Assembly (NCBI GenBank): GCA_040954595.2
Contig: CM082594.2
Span: 3,643,319-3,707,318, forward strand
Length of the DNA stretch: 64,000 bases
Direction: 5' to 3'
Origin: Balanoglossus misakiensis
Lineage: Eukaryota > Animalia > Hemichordata
This document shows positions 31,039 to 44,702 of this stretch, piece after piece; within the stretch, counting starts at the first letter, position 1; the number at the start of each line of letters is the position of its first letter. The notes below the pieces were generated by a model. That model saw nothing but the letters and a program-made list of their open reading frames with translations, was not told the origin of the DNA and did no database searches. The position numbers and the translations under genes were made by a program.

Positions 31039-31531
31039 TATTTAACACTGCCAGAATGCATAACTTATTCTAAATTTATCTAGTAATTAATTTAAGCTTA
31101 CACCCGCTACAGGTCATTTATGTCAACGCCCTAGCATTTGATGAAGGATTCTTCAGGCATTCACAAGCTCACGCAAAATTAACTTCTCACCGCAAGCCTG
31201 ATTAATATTTAAGACCAACATGGCTACACTCTCATTTATCAGAAATTAACTTTGCGCCTATTGTGTTGGCAACGTGTCTACCTTTAAGACGTTCATGTTA
31301 GTGAACCCATAGGCATTCCAATATAGTCGAAATGGCATTTTCAAAATTACCATGATTTCATTACAATGAACCATTACCACTATAATGACGTTGAATACAT
31401 AAGTTAACATTTCGTTGAGCGTTTGTGCAATGTATGTATTTTCCATGTAACTGCGCACTGGCAGAATATTTTGCTGTGCACCAAACTATGTTATTTGTGC
31501 ACTCAGCTTCGCGTATCCTCGTACTAAAGAG

Positions 31532-31563
31532 GACAGACAGACAGATAGACAGACAGACAGACA
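31532..31563. repeat. (GACA)n microsatellite
   Basis: gacagacagacagatagacagacagacagaca. Confidence 0.95.
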
Positions 31564-34500
31564 TTGTTTCGCTCCAGGGGCATTACATGTCTTACAAACC
31601 AGGTTAGATGTATTACAATCGTGTCCTGTCGACGTCAAATCTATCAGCTAAACGCTTAAATACCTAGACGCGCGAATCGTTTCATCGAGATAAATGATTC
31701 GATTACGTCAATATATGGGGACACGGTACAATGAATGATTTCGGTTTGCCGTACCTTTTCTACAATCTTAGCAAAATCTACCTTTAGCTTTTGACAGCTA
31801 ACGACTGTCTCGGAACCACTTCACCTGTACGTTACATTGCAGCTCTGCTTTAGTCTTCGTCTGAGACATGCCACATGCATAATAAGGACACATTTCCGAC
31901 CATATTAGAATTTATTACAGTACCGAAAAGAATGTTTGAGTTCTTTGTTACATTTTTTTAATTTTAAAATTCTTTATAAGAATCACCGAAAGCTATTAGG
32001 GAAGAACTAGAATTCTTTTTTCGGGAGTGAGGACATCTATTTTAAGCGCCCTTTGACCTCCTTTTTTCACACACTCGATTTCGTAATTTATCAAGTATCT
32101 CCTATTATTGGCCTAGATGGAGGTAAAGCATTTATCTGAAAAATACTTTCTTATGCAGCCCACTAATATAACTCCTTTCGATTTGGTTTCATATTATCGA
32201 GACAGAGTCAGATTTAGTCATTTTGTTTCACGTTACTTTCTGAATCAGTTAGAGAACATCACATCTTACATGTGAGTATACAAATTTAATGATGGAGCAA
32301 TTTCCGGTATGTGCACTTGTCGTTAACTTCCGGTATGTCAAATCGTCTAAGAATTTACATGTACGTCTAGAAGGAGAATGGGCATGAGCTATGCTAATTC
32401 GGCGAAAGCAAGTGTATTTTCCAACTTTACGGAACTTGAGTAGAGTAAAAAAATAACTAATGTTAGCAAAACATTAATGAATAATGAAACAATGTATAAA
32501 CATACGTATTGGCATTTTGCGATTTATGTTGTTTGGATTGTGAAAGCACAAAATAAGTTTTGTGCGATTTGTTTTTCAAAATCACATCTGGGATGGATTA
32601 GGAAACATTGATTTCCATCCATCGGGGAGTTTATAACCTTTGATTTATGGATTATTGTGTTCATTCAAAACTAAATGATTTAACCAAGGACGGTCATGAG
32701 GTTTTTAAAGTACTTATTGCGGTAATGGACCTACTCAACAAAACATTTGTTGAATCCCACTGATATTCCGAGGATGTAAGCGATTTCTGCAAGCCAATCC
32801 CAGCACTATATACAACATTTATCTGTCACTCCTTGATTGCAAGGATATATACAGGTAACTTTGGTCTATGGACGAAAACGGACCATTAAATATTCGGCGT
32901 CGTGAGTTGGGCAATTTCTTTGTAGACAACGCTTGGAAATGGGGTAGCCGTTGGACATTCCCGCTTCCAGACAAATTCATCTCCTACGTGACTGTGCAAC
33001 ACGAATGGGTCATAATGCCGTATAAATCACGTGTTCAGTTCCCGTTTTGTTGGATATTACAGCCCCGGGGAGCAATATTCCACAATGCAATTGATTGCGT
33101 ATTTTCTCCATTGCCATGATGAACGAGGCAATTTTCATGACTGAGTAAAAACCTGTAAGTTTTAAAAAATCCATGACTGCAGAAATATCTAGCAAAAGCG
33201 ACTGGAGGCCAGTAGGTACACAGTCAATTAATGAGGCCTATGTCTGCAAGGACTTAGTGTGAAATAAGCAAAACTTCATAACTCTTTAGCTGGAAAAAAT
33301 GATTTCATTAAAATCCTGGTTTTAATCAGTGCGACGGATTAAACGAGCCAAATCACTTTAAATTAGTTTACATGTCGTACGTGGGTATGTCCCCAGGAAA
33401 TAACATATTCCCGGCGAAGTGGCTGGCAAGTTTACTCCAATGCGAATAAATTGTCTCCCAAGACATTATATGACGAAGAAACATAATGAGGGTGCACTTA
33501 ACGTTGTACGATCAGTAAAATGATACTTTCAGTTTCCTCGGAGTGCGAGTTATAAATTTGCCCGACTGCAATTCGAATTTTCAATCACGAGATAATGTGT
33601 GGTAGAGTGATGAAACGCCAAAGAAAACGTCAAACAAAATCCATAGTGGAAATGAATGATAACGTAGCTGTCTTGAAATCTTAATGATCTACAACTGAAC
33701 GAACGTTGTCTTGGAATACTCATACAATGCAAGGATTGTTTGCAATATTCGGACATAACCAGAATGGGATTTTGAGCAGTTGAGGGGGGGGGGGCTTGCT
33801 TGATCACAGAAGTCAGATGGATCACATTAGACGTGGCAGCAGTGGAGACGATTTATCTGGCAAATCACTGTACAATTCTGTAGAGAGAGACAACGGTCCC
33901 TTTGATTCAATACACTTTCATCCTTAACGAGATCTGCCATCGTAGGAGTCAACAGACTCTATCATTTTATCACGACGAGTAGGTATACGACGATCCGACG
34001 ATTCTCTCTCGGGGACACGGAGTACGCATTAAAGATGGCGGCGGCGAGAGGCAGACTAACAGACTCGAACGACAACCTCCTCCGGCAATTCTGTTTCCGG
34101 TACTTGGAAAGCACGAAAGTAACAACCGCGATGCAAAACAGAGAAAATAGTCGGCCTCATATTGCGTTAAATTTTGAACGAAAGTAACATGGTTATGTAT
34201 GGCATTGTCCAAGTATATTTGATCAGTATGAGCCCTTTTGACCAAGGTCATTAGGGCAAACGGTCTCCTGTCGAGAAATCACGTTGTCCCATACATTGCG
34301 AAACCAGTCGTGAACTGAAAGTGAAGTACTTTTCATGGAAAATCTGTTAACCCATAGACTACTGTCTGTGCATCAATACATAATGATCTTGTTGTCAAAA
34401 TATCCGAAAACCAATTTCTTCAATAGACGAATCCTTATCTAAACTATAAAGACATTTTCTTTGTATACCCAAAATTGGAATGTCCTTCATTCATACTCTT

Positions 34501-37500
34501 CAAATAGCGATGTCTGGAAATGTTCTCCTCCATTCAAAGAAAATATGACCGTGACGAGTAAATTACTGGGCAATTTTTTGTTTCGTTTGACGGACGAAAT
34601 GAAGTGTCGAATCGTATACAATGTACGCCTGCAGTGTGAGTGTGAGTATGCACCATAGTCACTGTTGGGGACACGTACTTTCAACATTACGATAGACATG
34701 CATCGCCAACAGCTTGCGCACTCACCTGCACGTGTTAAACAATGTGAAGAATGAAATCAACAGACTAAACAGAGCCCGCTAAGTCGTGCTGTAGAGGCAA
34801 TATTTAGTTGAAATATGCCCCCGTATGGCCTACGGCGGCCATGTACGCGACGTTGTATATTATTCATGCTGATTAGGGATTTCTTTGCTCGTGAACAACG
34901 CGTGTCAAACGGAACGATGAATGAATTAATTATTGAAGCAAACGGGATCTTCGCTCGTGTGTGAGACCAATACTTCGGCTTCAGGTGACCTTTGTTGCGG
35001 TGCCACCGAGACAAGTCATTTCCTGTTTATGCAAATTAGTGAGTGATTGCAGAGCGCCAATGTCCCGCAGCAGTAACCTATAAGTACGCGTATGAGTGAT
35101 CATGCTTGCGAAAATGGCAAACCATACGACTCCCCCAGGAGAATAAATATCAGAATGACTGCTGATATAGGTCAGTTGTGCCAATAATTGAAAACTGGAT
35201 TTATTTTGGTTTGGCATGCTCAGCCCTTCATTTATTCGCAGCAGGTTAAACTAACCGACTTCTAATTCCAGAAGATTCGCCAGACTACAGGTGTATTCTT
35301 AAATCTGACCAAACGAACAAATCGGGTTTTACGGGAAGAAGGTAGCACCTGCTCAGCCAATCAGTAAGATCGTGTGAAAGGCAAGTTCAAGGCATGGATG
35401 TCGATTTCATCCAGCCGTACACTGCCGAACCATCGCCCGACCTTTCGCAAAAGACTAGTCGGCTAAAAGCCTATATAAACGTCTAAATATTTTACCTTTA
35501 AACATTAGCTGCATAAAAATTACATTTCAAGATTTTGACTCGGGGGGAAAGTATAATGACAAATGTTTAATGCGTGAGATGTTTCTTGTCAAATCAATGT
35601 GGCGTGTAAGTGTTTAAATTTCGCTGTAAGCTATCAAATACGTTTTTTTTTGTCTTACATGTGATATTTTCCCGGATAATGTAAGTGGGGATATTGTGCA
35701 AAATTTGTGTCTTTTGAAGTTTCACGTGACAGATCCACATTTAAGAAACCAGATTTCCTTGGTTGAGTTTCGGTTGCTGTGAACCACCAAATCCCTTAGA
35801 TCATGTTTGTTAATGGCTCTCGGGATCAGAGTCTGCCAACGTTTCCGAGGGCTATCCCATATGGTTTATTAAGCTTTAAGCACGTGTATCGTCAATGTGC
35901 AGAGTTGAATTCAAGGTACATGTACTCATATGTGGGTCTGTCTGTATATCTCCAATGTGTACTTTGTCGAGGAAAGGATTTAGGGACCAATATTTTCCCA
36001 TAGGTGATTACTAATATATTCCCTTGACTGGTACTTGGTATGTCTTAGTTTGAACATTGACGAAAATCTGATAAAAAAACTGGGTTTATAGAAAGTCTCC
36101 CGCGGATAAGCCTACTACGAAATTGATGTTTTTGCTGTGGCCCACGAAAACAACCGCAAAACTCACGTTGGTCCCATTGCTTAGTATTTATTACGTATAG
36201 CTTTAGCAAATTGCGATAACTCATATGACCATACAAGTACATTTTTTCTTTCCACGAAATCAAGCGTCACCGGTGATAACATCTCTCGAACAGTGTAACT
36301 TGTTCCCCCAACGCTCGAATCGAATCGGTTTGATCTCAGCTGACCTTTTTCCGGGAGCACAGATATCCGGGCTAACCTTCAGTTATTGCTATGATTTGTT
36401 GCCTGGAGTATATGGGGAAGGAGGGATTTTACCTGAAAGGGGGGGGGGGGTAAGTAATATTGCTTTTAAACAACACTTATAAGCACTACGGCTGGTGGAA
36501 GACAATTATTCTTATCAACAGTGGTAAGAAACTGGTGATAAAATATCAACACATTGAACGAATTCTGATAACGTTATTGTACATGTACAAAGGAACTAAA
36601 CGTTTATTATGGTTTGGGCGAATGCGAGTAAAGCATGGCGGTTTTAACGGTCAGTTTCACATCCATGATAATAACGTTAACTAGGAAATCATCGACAGAT
36701 TTTACGCTTTAAAACTATACAGAATACATCTTGGTTCAATCCTGAACTCGAAGTCATTCAGCTGATTTCTCATGGTCGGTATAGGATTTAAAAGGTCAAT
36801 AATTTAGTATTGCCGCCGGAAAAGTGTGAAACATCTTCTAGACTTGTAGATGCGCTAACCATGACATGCCCCTAATACGCGATTTGGACTCCGTGGTATC
36901 GTAGCCGAGTCGGAGGCGTTTGACACGGAGCCATTAAGAATCTCCATACGGCAGAATTCATTATAGCTGACACCATGTCTTTCCACAAAGACAGGTAACT
37001 GCCTGTGGCAGCGACATTATCCCGGAGAGAGATTTTCACAATCTCAACGCCGAAGGGAGCGCTGTCAATGTGTCATCGCCAGAAACTAATATCCAGACGA
37101 CTGCACTTGACAGCGTTACTTCTCTGTTCTGTATTCAGTTTTCAGGATTATTTTGATCCGCTGAAAACATGGGAAATATATGTCCGATAAAGCCAAAAGC
37201 ATACTATAGCAAATGGGGCAGGAATAACGAGGACGCAATCGAGGAATAATTCTTTGCCTGAAGGTTCGTAATTCGATCGCATGTATAAAATGACATAGAT
37301 GCAAATTTCCCCAGTTATCACCCAATTAAAAATAAATAACAAAAAAGTTAAACCCTTTAGACTTATGCACATAGTGGACATATTTTTTGCAACACGGAAA
37401 CTAAGCTTACTATAATATGCTTTTAATTTTTGACCTTCTGGATTATATTATTCGCGGAAGGTATTCTGAAACTGACTACCAGCTGTGTGGCGTCTGTGAT

Positions 37501-39046
37501 ATGAATACAAAACAGTTTGTCATGATGTCGCCGGTCGGTTTTGCCACACTGACTTTGTGCAGTCGAATCATCATCACGGAAATATCTTGATAAATAATTT
37601 GCACCCAATGATCTGGATACTTCCGCTTTACTAATTTGCTTCGAGTGAACGTGCACCTTCTTCGAGTGTGTAATTAACTGGATGTTGAGCATCACTCGGA
37701 AATGGGGAAGGCGACAGACCGTGGTTTTAACACTTTAGGAAAATCGTACGGGAAACGAAAGATGCCTCAGGGCTGTCCTGTTAAAGTTTGTCACGTGGTA
37801 TCCTCGTTATTTTTTCGCAGATTGCCACGGAATTTCTGATAAACCGACGGAAAGTTTAGTGACCGTCTGATCTTTGTTGCAGACAAGTGTCAGATAAGCT
37901 CTGGAGACCATGGGAAGCAGAAATAATTGTACCAAGAGCAAATGACCCAACTTGAAATGTCGACAGACAGTTGCCCGCAGAGTCACCAAACTTTCCGACG
38001 ATTTATCTGAAATTCTTGGTAAACTTCTTTCTGCTTCCCATTGGTATATGGTTTCCAGAGATCCTGACACTGGTCTGCAATAAAGGTTGGCCAAATAGCA
38101 ATGTGCACAGATACTGGTGTACAACAGAATTACTTTTAAACAGACGTACAGTTGCAGATAATGGGTAAGAATGTGCTTATTCGGAAAAGGTAAAGTTCTG
38201 TATGTGGATATCAGAACGTTTGTCCGAGATCGAAACTTTTCACAAGATCTCTACGAGAATAGCCTCTACTGCATTAGGACCACTTACATCTCTACATTCT
38301 CTGTCACTTTCCTGGCTTGTCCATTTGTAAGTGCACTATCACCGCATGTTAATAACCGGTCGTTGGCGTCTCGACCCGACCGACGTCTTCACCAGGAAGC
38401 GGACTTTTCCGGGAAGTGGTATCAAATGCACAGACATGCATTAGCCTGACACCTTTTAGATTCCGTGACGTTACACTTTGTACGCACATCAACACAAACC
38501 GTTCATCAATCATCAAATTAAGTGACGTTTTGGCCACTGGTCAGATACATTTACGTACTTAGATAATGGTTATGACATCAATCTTCGGCTACATAATGAA
38601 ACCGAGTTTGTTTCCACTGGTGCCAATGCCTGTCTACTGCCCAATACTGCTCCGTTTGTGTGGAGAATGTCTAGGTAACGGCCTTCTGGATGTATTGCTT
38701 GGAAAATCGTTTGTCATCTGACAGACCCCATTTACCAGACGCAAGCGTCTACGAGCGTCTGGAAAGGCGACAAGGGGGAAATGATTGATTACTTATATAA
38801 GGAGCTAAAATACATCAAGGATGTAAACTTGACACGCGGTCAGGAGATAAACTGATGAAATATTCCGCATGCAAACAAGCATGACGTAACGGAAGGTGAT
38901 CAGACACGATTTCCTGCGTCACTTACAACATTACAAATGTCCGAAACGAAAACTATATCACTGTTGCATGTACATTTGCACCGTTCATTACGCACTAATT
39001 GTAACAGAAAAAATAACAAAATGTGAAAAAAGTTTAATATGCTAAC

Positions 39047-39205
39047 TACAAGACAGAATGATTGACCAAGGGAAGTCATGAAATACAGTAAACATATAAT
39101 TTCTTCTATCTCTTCCGACAGTGGGTTGTCGACTTTTTACCCAGAATGCAATTATTATAATGTGATTTGACCCCCTAGCACAAAGTGAAAACCTATTTAA
39201 GGCAG
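39047..39205 (-). repeat. Interspersed repeat, copy 2 (rearranged relative to 554-833)
   Basis: 39047-39180 is the reverse complement of ~554-669; 39188-39205 aaaacctatttaaggcag is a direct match to 816-833. Confidence 0.85.
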
Positions 39206-41909
39206 CTAGAATTATAGCCGCCATGCTTTGTCGTAAAGTTGCACACAACCTGATAAAGCAATCACTCTTGCCTCTCTGACAAGCTCTACAGTGATCTTAA
39301 CTGTTTGGAGAGGAAGTGGTTTTGTAATGAGCGCACCGGCAGATTTGAAAACATTACGCAAGACAGCGATATCTTTTTTCAATTTTGGTCGGAACCCTTT
39401 TCACTACGATAGGTCACTATAGCGGTAACACGTCAACACTGACACGGCGTACGTGTCAATAGGTATAACCTCGAGGCAACGGGTGTAAAGTTGGTTGATT
39501 TTCTGAGAAAGAATGAAGCACAAAGATACCGCTAATGGGACTGTGGTGTCTGTGAACGCGGAGATGAGAGCCGTTGCGAAGGCACTCTCCCCCGTTATAT
39601 TCCCGCTTCAGTTCGTTCATTTCGCACACCAGCTAAATTTAATGAACAGTAGATCTCCTGCACCAGTCCTTTCAGTTTCAACGAGACCTCTTCCAGTCTT
39701 CGCTGCTACATAACACCCGCCATTAGTTCAGTACACTCGTCAAGACGTAACTCGTCGAATATTAATTTTCTGGTTTCCTCCGTATCGGCATTCAAGCTCT
39801 GTCATGTTAATACTGTTTTCCCCCAGGGGGCAGTGAAACTAAAATGGATCATTGTGCGTTTTTTTTTGTCTCGTGGGTACAAACTCAACCCGGAGTTGGA
39901 AATTAAACACAGTGTCAAGTCCATCATTCCCGTGGCTTTCCCATTGTGCCGATGCTGGTGGTGTATCTGATTGGACGTGGCGCGGCTGCGTCAAATTACC
40001 ATTGCCTACGGTCTTCCACTGTGTCCTTCTCTAACAAGTAAAACGTACATATGCACCGTTATTAAAATATGACGATAGCTCCAGGTGACACGTGCTCTCT
40101 CGGTTTGATCAAGCCAAGGTCAGCCGAAGTGACATGGGCATGGCACCCCTTGGGTAGTAGAATGTACTATGTACTGTGAGGTTTGGAAAACATCGAGATC
40201 TTCGCTTTTCCCCATTAAATATATTCATGTTTGGTGCGAGATAGTGACATTTGCGTGAAATACATGTTTAAACTAAACACATGTTGATTAGCGCAACCAA
40301 TATCCGCTTAAGTTGTGATTAGCTTTATATCCCAACCTATGAATATGTATGTTTTGACATGGTTCATCATTGGTTATCATTTTAGCCGAGATCAAACCAT
40401 CATCATTTAAAAGTACGCTTTCATTTGTCGTGGAGCATTTACAATAGGTTAATACTAATATTTTGGGCTCCGAGTATTTCGGGGAAAAAACTAGAAGACA
40501 TTGTATAATTGAACACAGGATGTCGACCGCAAGACGCAGCACACACGAAGACGTTCACACGCTGTTCGGGGTATATGTACACCCCGGGGGTAACAATTTG
40601 GCAAAATATTGGTTGCTAAAAAAAATCGCCGAGTCAGACTACAGACGCCATTGTATTATAACTGCGAATATGAGTTCATTTGGTTTGGCTGTACACGTAT
40701 GTACTTCAGAACAGTGTACCCCGTCTGTTTGAGAGAGAAAAAACAGCGCTCGGCAAAAACAGTCTGTGTAACCCGATCTGTCTTTTAAAAAAGCCAACGA
40801 TGTCTCTCACGACTACTGCTAGTCACACGGAAAGATCTTTTATCTGCGCGGCTTAAAATGTCTTCCTTTCTCTCTCCAAATCGATTCGTCAGAGTTAGTC
40901 TCCGGCCGTGGTTAGTCGACAATGGATATCAGTGCAACCGTACGCTGTTGAGTGTTATCTCCACAATCACAATCCAGGATTCGATTAAGATTCGCTATCT
41001 GAACCCCAGTCTGAAAGATGAGAGTGTCTCTGTGCCACGCTTTATCACGGGACGCTTCTTTTTATGGAAACAAAGTCATTACAGCACCGTGTATTTTTAC
41101 TGTCAGCGTTCATTACGAAGGTAATTAAGAAAAGATAAGGATTTTAAACGAGAGATAAGGGCAAAAGTCGGGATTTATTGTTGTAACAGCAAAAGAATGC
41201 TAAAAGAGTAGGCATCCCAGGAGTGATTTCCAAGGGGGAACTCGATTCATGTTAGTTTGCGTTGAATTAAAACACGTGTTTCCACCAGAATGGAATATTC
41301 ACGTAATGATTGCACTTTGATTGTATCTATTGGCCTGTAAATTCCGTCTTACAGTCATACCCTCCCTTATTTGACTTCCTGTTACGTGTATTCACGATCT
41401 CTTGGGTGTTCAGACTAGTTCATCTTCCATATCTTGATTAAAGAGATTAATTATAGTATGTACATTGGCCTAAGTTTATTATTCTATATCTCTCAAGATG
41501 GGTATCTTTTTGTTGAATAATCAAGGAAGGGGGTATTTTGAAATGTTGCGAAACGGCTTATATAACCGTCACGGTTTTCCTTGAGAGTGCGACAACCTTG
41601 ATAGATCAGGCTATGCAAATTGTGACAACATCTGCGAGTGTTGGAAGTCGCATTCTCTGTTTCCCATCGCGGCGTTGTCGTTGATACGCCGCGATGGGGA
41701 TTGACAACACCGGGGTACTCACACAGCGCTGCAGCAACACGAAAGGAAATTGGGTTTGCAAATACCAATACACCGTTTACCTGTGAAGGTATTACAAACA
41801 CGTCCCAGACGAAGCCTGAACGGAAACGTACATGTGACTAAAGAAATTGAAAGCAAATATCAATAATCCAAAGTACATGCATGTAACCGAAAATCTGAAG
41901 TTGACCTGC

Positions 41910-42150
41910 TTCGTCGCACACTTTTCCAAGGTCACTGCACTTCTCGCTTTGTCTCGTCAGATGCTTTCAAAGGATTCACATATCTCGCTCTTTCTCGTCA
42001 CATCTTTGCAAGGTAGTCACAAATCTCGCCTGGTTCGTCACATACTCGTCCATTACAAATCTCGTTCTCTCTCGGGCACTTTTCTAAGGTCATTACAAAT
42101 CTGCCAACAAATCTTCATCTGTCTCGTCATCCTTCTAACCACAAATCTCG
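41910..42150. repeat. Degenerate ~40-bp minisatellite, ~5-6 units
   Basis: Recurring ca.ttt..aagg...cacaaatctcg...tctcgtca. Confidence 0.75.
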
Positions 42151-44581
42151 ATTTTTAATTAAAATTTGAACATTCTAATGGGTATGATAATGTAAACATG
42201 CCAACAAGCAACATCTATAATTGCATAATTATTCCATTTTCTGCATAGAATACATAAACGTTAGACCTATTTACATTCGGACAAAACATGTTTTATATCA
42301 TACATTTCAATTACGCGAAATCAAGTTATAAATTAAAATTAAAATGTCGACGTCATTAAGAATGCAAATGATTAAACAAGAATACAGTGATGAGAGCATG
42401 TTGTCCCTTTAGTGATTGGTGATTCGCATCAAAGTGAAAAATTCAATTCGACTTGGTTTCTTAAACAGGAGCCCATGGACTTCATCGAGAGACAATGTAT
42501 TTGGAAGTTAAGTACAATACCCTATTGGTGGACTGCAAATGAAATTGACACTCCGTCATAATTTTGAAATTATGATTACATTCAGTTTCAAGGTGCTCAC
42601 CAAAGACATAGTAGGCGATTCTTAGCCATTGTGCCCTTTAAATTGATAATGTGAAAAGGCAGGGCTTTAGTGGCGGAGGGGGCATTGACATCGCAATCCG
42701 TTCTCGATAGATTATGAACTTTATCAGCTCTATTGGAGCATGTATTAAACAGCCTTGTCGCATCTATGCCGTCATTTCTTTTATCAAACGTTGTCTTTTA
42801 CCTTGAAGCCCCGGTTATTATGCCGAGAGACGCTATTTGCAGGCTTGACCTTGCGCAGGATTACAGTATAATATTACAGCAAACGCAAATTATCGCCGAG
42901 CTTACTCTTATTATTATGTTATACAGATGTCAGTTTAGCTCTTGGTATTTTTTTTTCAAATCGTCCAATCTTGTTAAAAAATGGTTCCAGCGCGGGTACA
43001 GATGGAAATAAGGCGGGCAATTGCCGTAGTTTTGCTAGCAGATGTCACTACTGCAGGGTGATGCAACACATCTTTGGCCATTTCTCACAATCTGCGTCGA
43101 TGGTTCACGATTGCTCGAAATGATGATGCGTAAATGTAGTATTGAAAAGGCAACCTTCCTTTTAGCTAGGGTTTGTAGTTGTACATGTGCAAATGCGACA
43201 GAAATAATGACCATCCGTGTCTTTGCAACAACGACAAAACAACGACGTGCTGTGGTTCTGGCAACCAGACCGAGACTAAATTTTACCTACCGACCTTCAA
43301 TTTTCGTAGCCAAGTGAATGCGGAAGTAACTCAACATTGTAATTTACACGAGAAACGACATGATGAAAGTAAAATAAAATGACAAGAACTACAGAGCTGA
43401 AGGTGTTGCAGTGACGCCTTCCAAGCACCCAACGGGACAGAAAAAATATGTAAAAAATTTCCCGACATACCTGCCTATTTTGTTGAAAAGCTCGTCATTA
43501 TAGAAGCACACATATTTGCTAGACTTTATAGAAATGTGCTATGGTCTTTGTTGGCTGCGAGAGAAATTATAACATGCAAATAAGCTACTTCCGGTAGATT
43601 TCCGAGGCATATCTGTCGCCAGACTCTTCCGGTTTCTTTAATTTGTGATTAAACGTTTATAAGGTCGTGATCTGTTCAGTTGCAGTTAGAGGGCTTCTGT
43701 AAAGCAGCCTGACTAATATGGTTGTAAATATATATGCAGGTTTTCTTTGCGCTCTCATACAAAACCATATCAGACGCGGTCAGTTTTTTTTCTAATAGCC
43801 ATATGTGCATCCTTGTGCACATTTTACATGTTTTCAGTAAAACTCATCCGTGGAACGATCAATACCAATGTCCGTTCATGAATTTTTGAGGATTCTGTTT
43901 TTCTTTGAGACAGGTGGTTATAACACGCGCGATTAACGATGTCACTTTAGTTTTCGTCGATGCGAAGGAACTCGTATAACATATAAAATGAGACCAGTGC
44001 TCCAACAGCCAGTTTGGCCATTATGTATATATTATAAATCAACGGTCTGTTTCCTTGTGACTGACGTGAAATGTTTAGTGTTCCCACGCCCTCACGAACC
44101 ATCGGGGTGTATGAAATGGTCTATTTAGGCAAAGGAGTTTCGTCGGGCATGTATAAACCCCGTTTAATCGGGTATATACCATCAATGAAAAAACCTTGCG
44201 TGAGCAATTTTCCATCGCGATTGTGTTTTGTTAATCAACGGTTTGTATCGTCTGCAGGTCACAAGACTTGAAATCATTTTACTTGTATTCTGAGAGCGCA
44301 ATTTCTATCAGACAGCGTTCTCTTGTAAATCGTTCTTATACAAAGATGACCGTCTGTGTATTGCCATGAGAAATCGTTGCGCGCCGTGACTTGAACGCCG
44401 CATCAGCATGTTGCCCGTTGATAGACATTGATTATATAATCAATTTACCTGCCACCTGTTACCGAGAATGTGTGTTTTTTTTATTTTGTCTATTCCAAAA
44501 TCAAATAATAGCACGAAGCTAAAATTAAATCCCAACGGTTACCGTGGAAGGCAAGTTAACCGCATCGCTATTTCCTGATCC

Positions 44582-44702
44582 GTTGCCACGGCAACTGCGC
44601 GAACGCAACGTAATATTTGAACATCATGATAAGACATCTCCGTCAATCTTTCAGCGCTGCGGCCGGGTAGCTGCGTAAAAAAATCTCTGGTTGCCAGGCA
44701 AC
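44582..44702. promoter_or_regulatory. Pair of near-perfect RFX X-boxes
   Basis: GTTGCCACGGCAAC (44582-44595) and GTTGCCAGGCAAC (44690-44702) match the palindromic RFX consensus GTNRCC-n(0-3)-RGYAAC. Confidence 0.65.
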
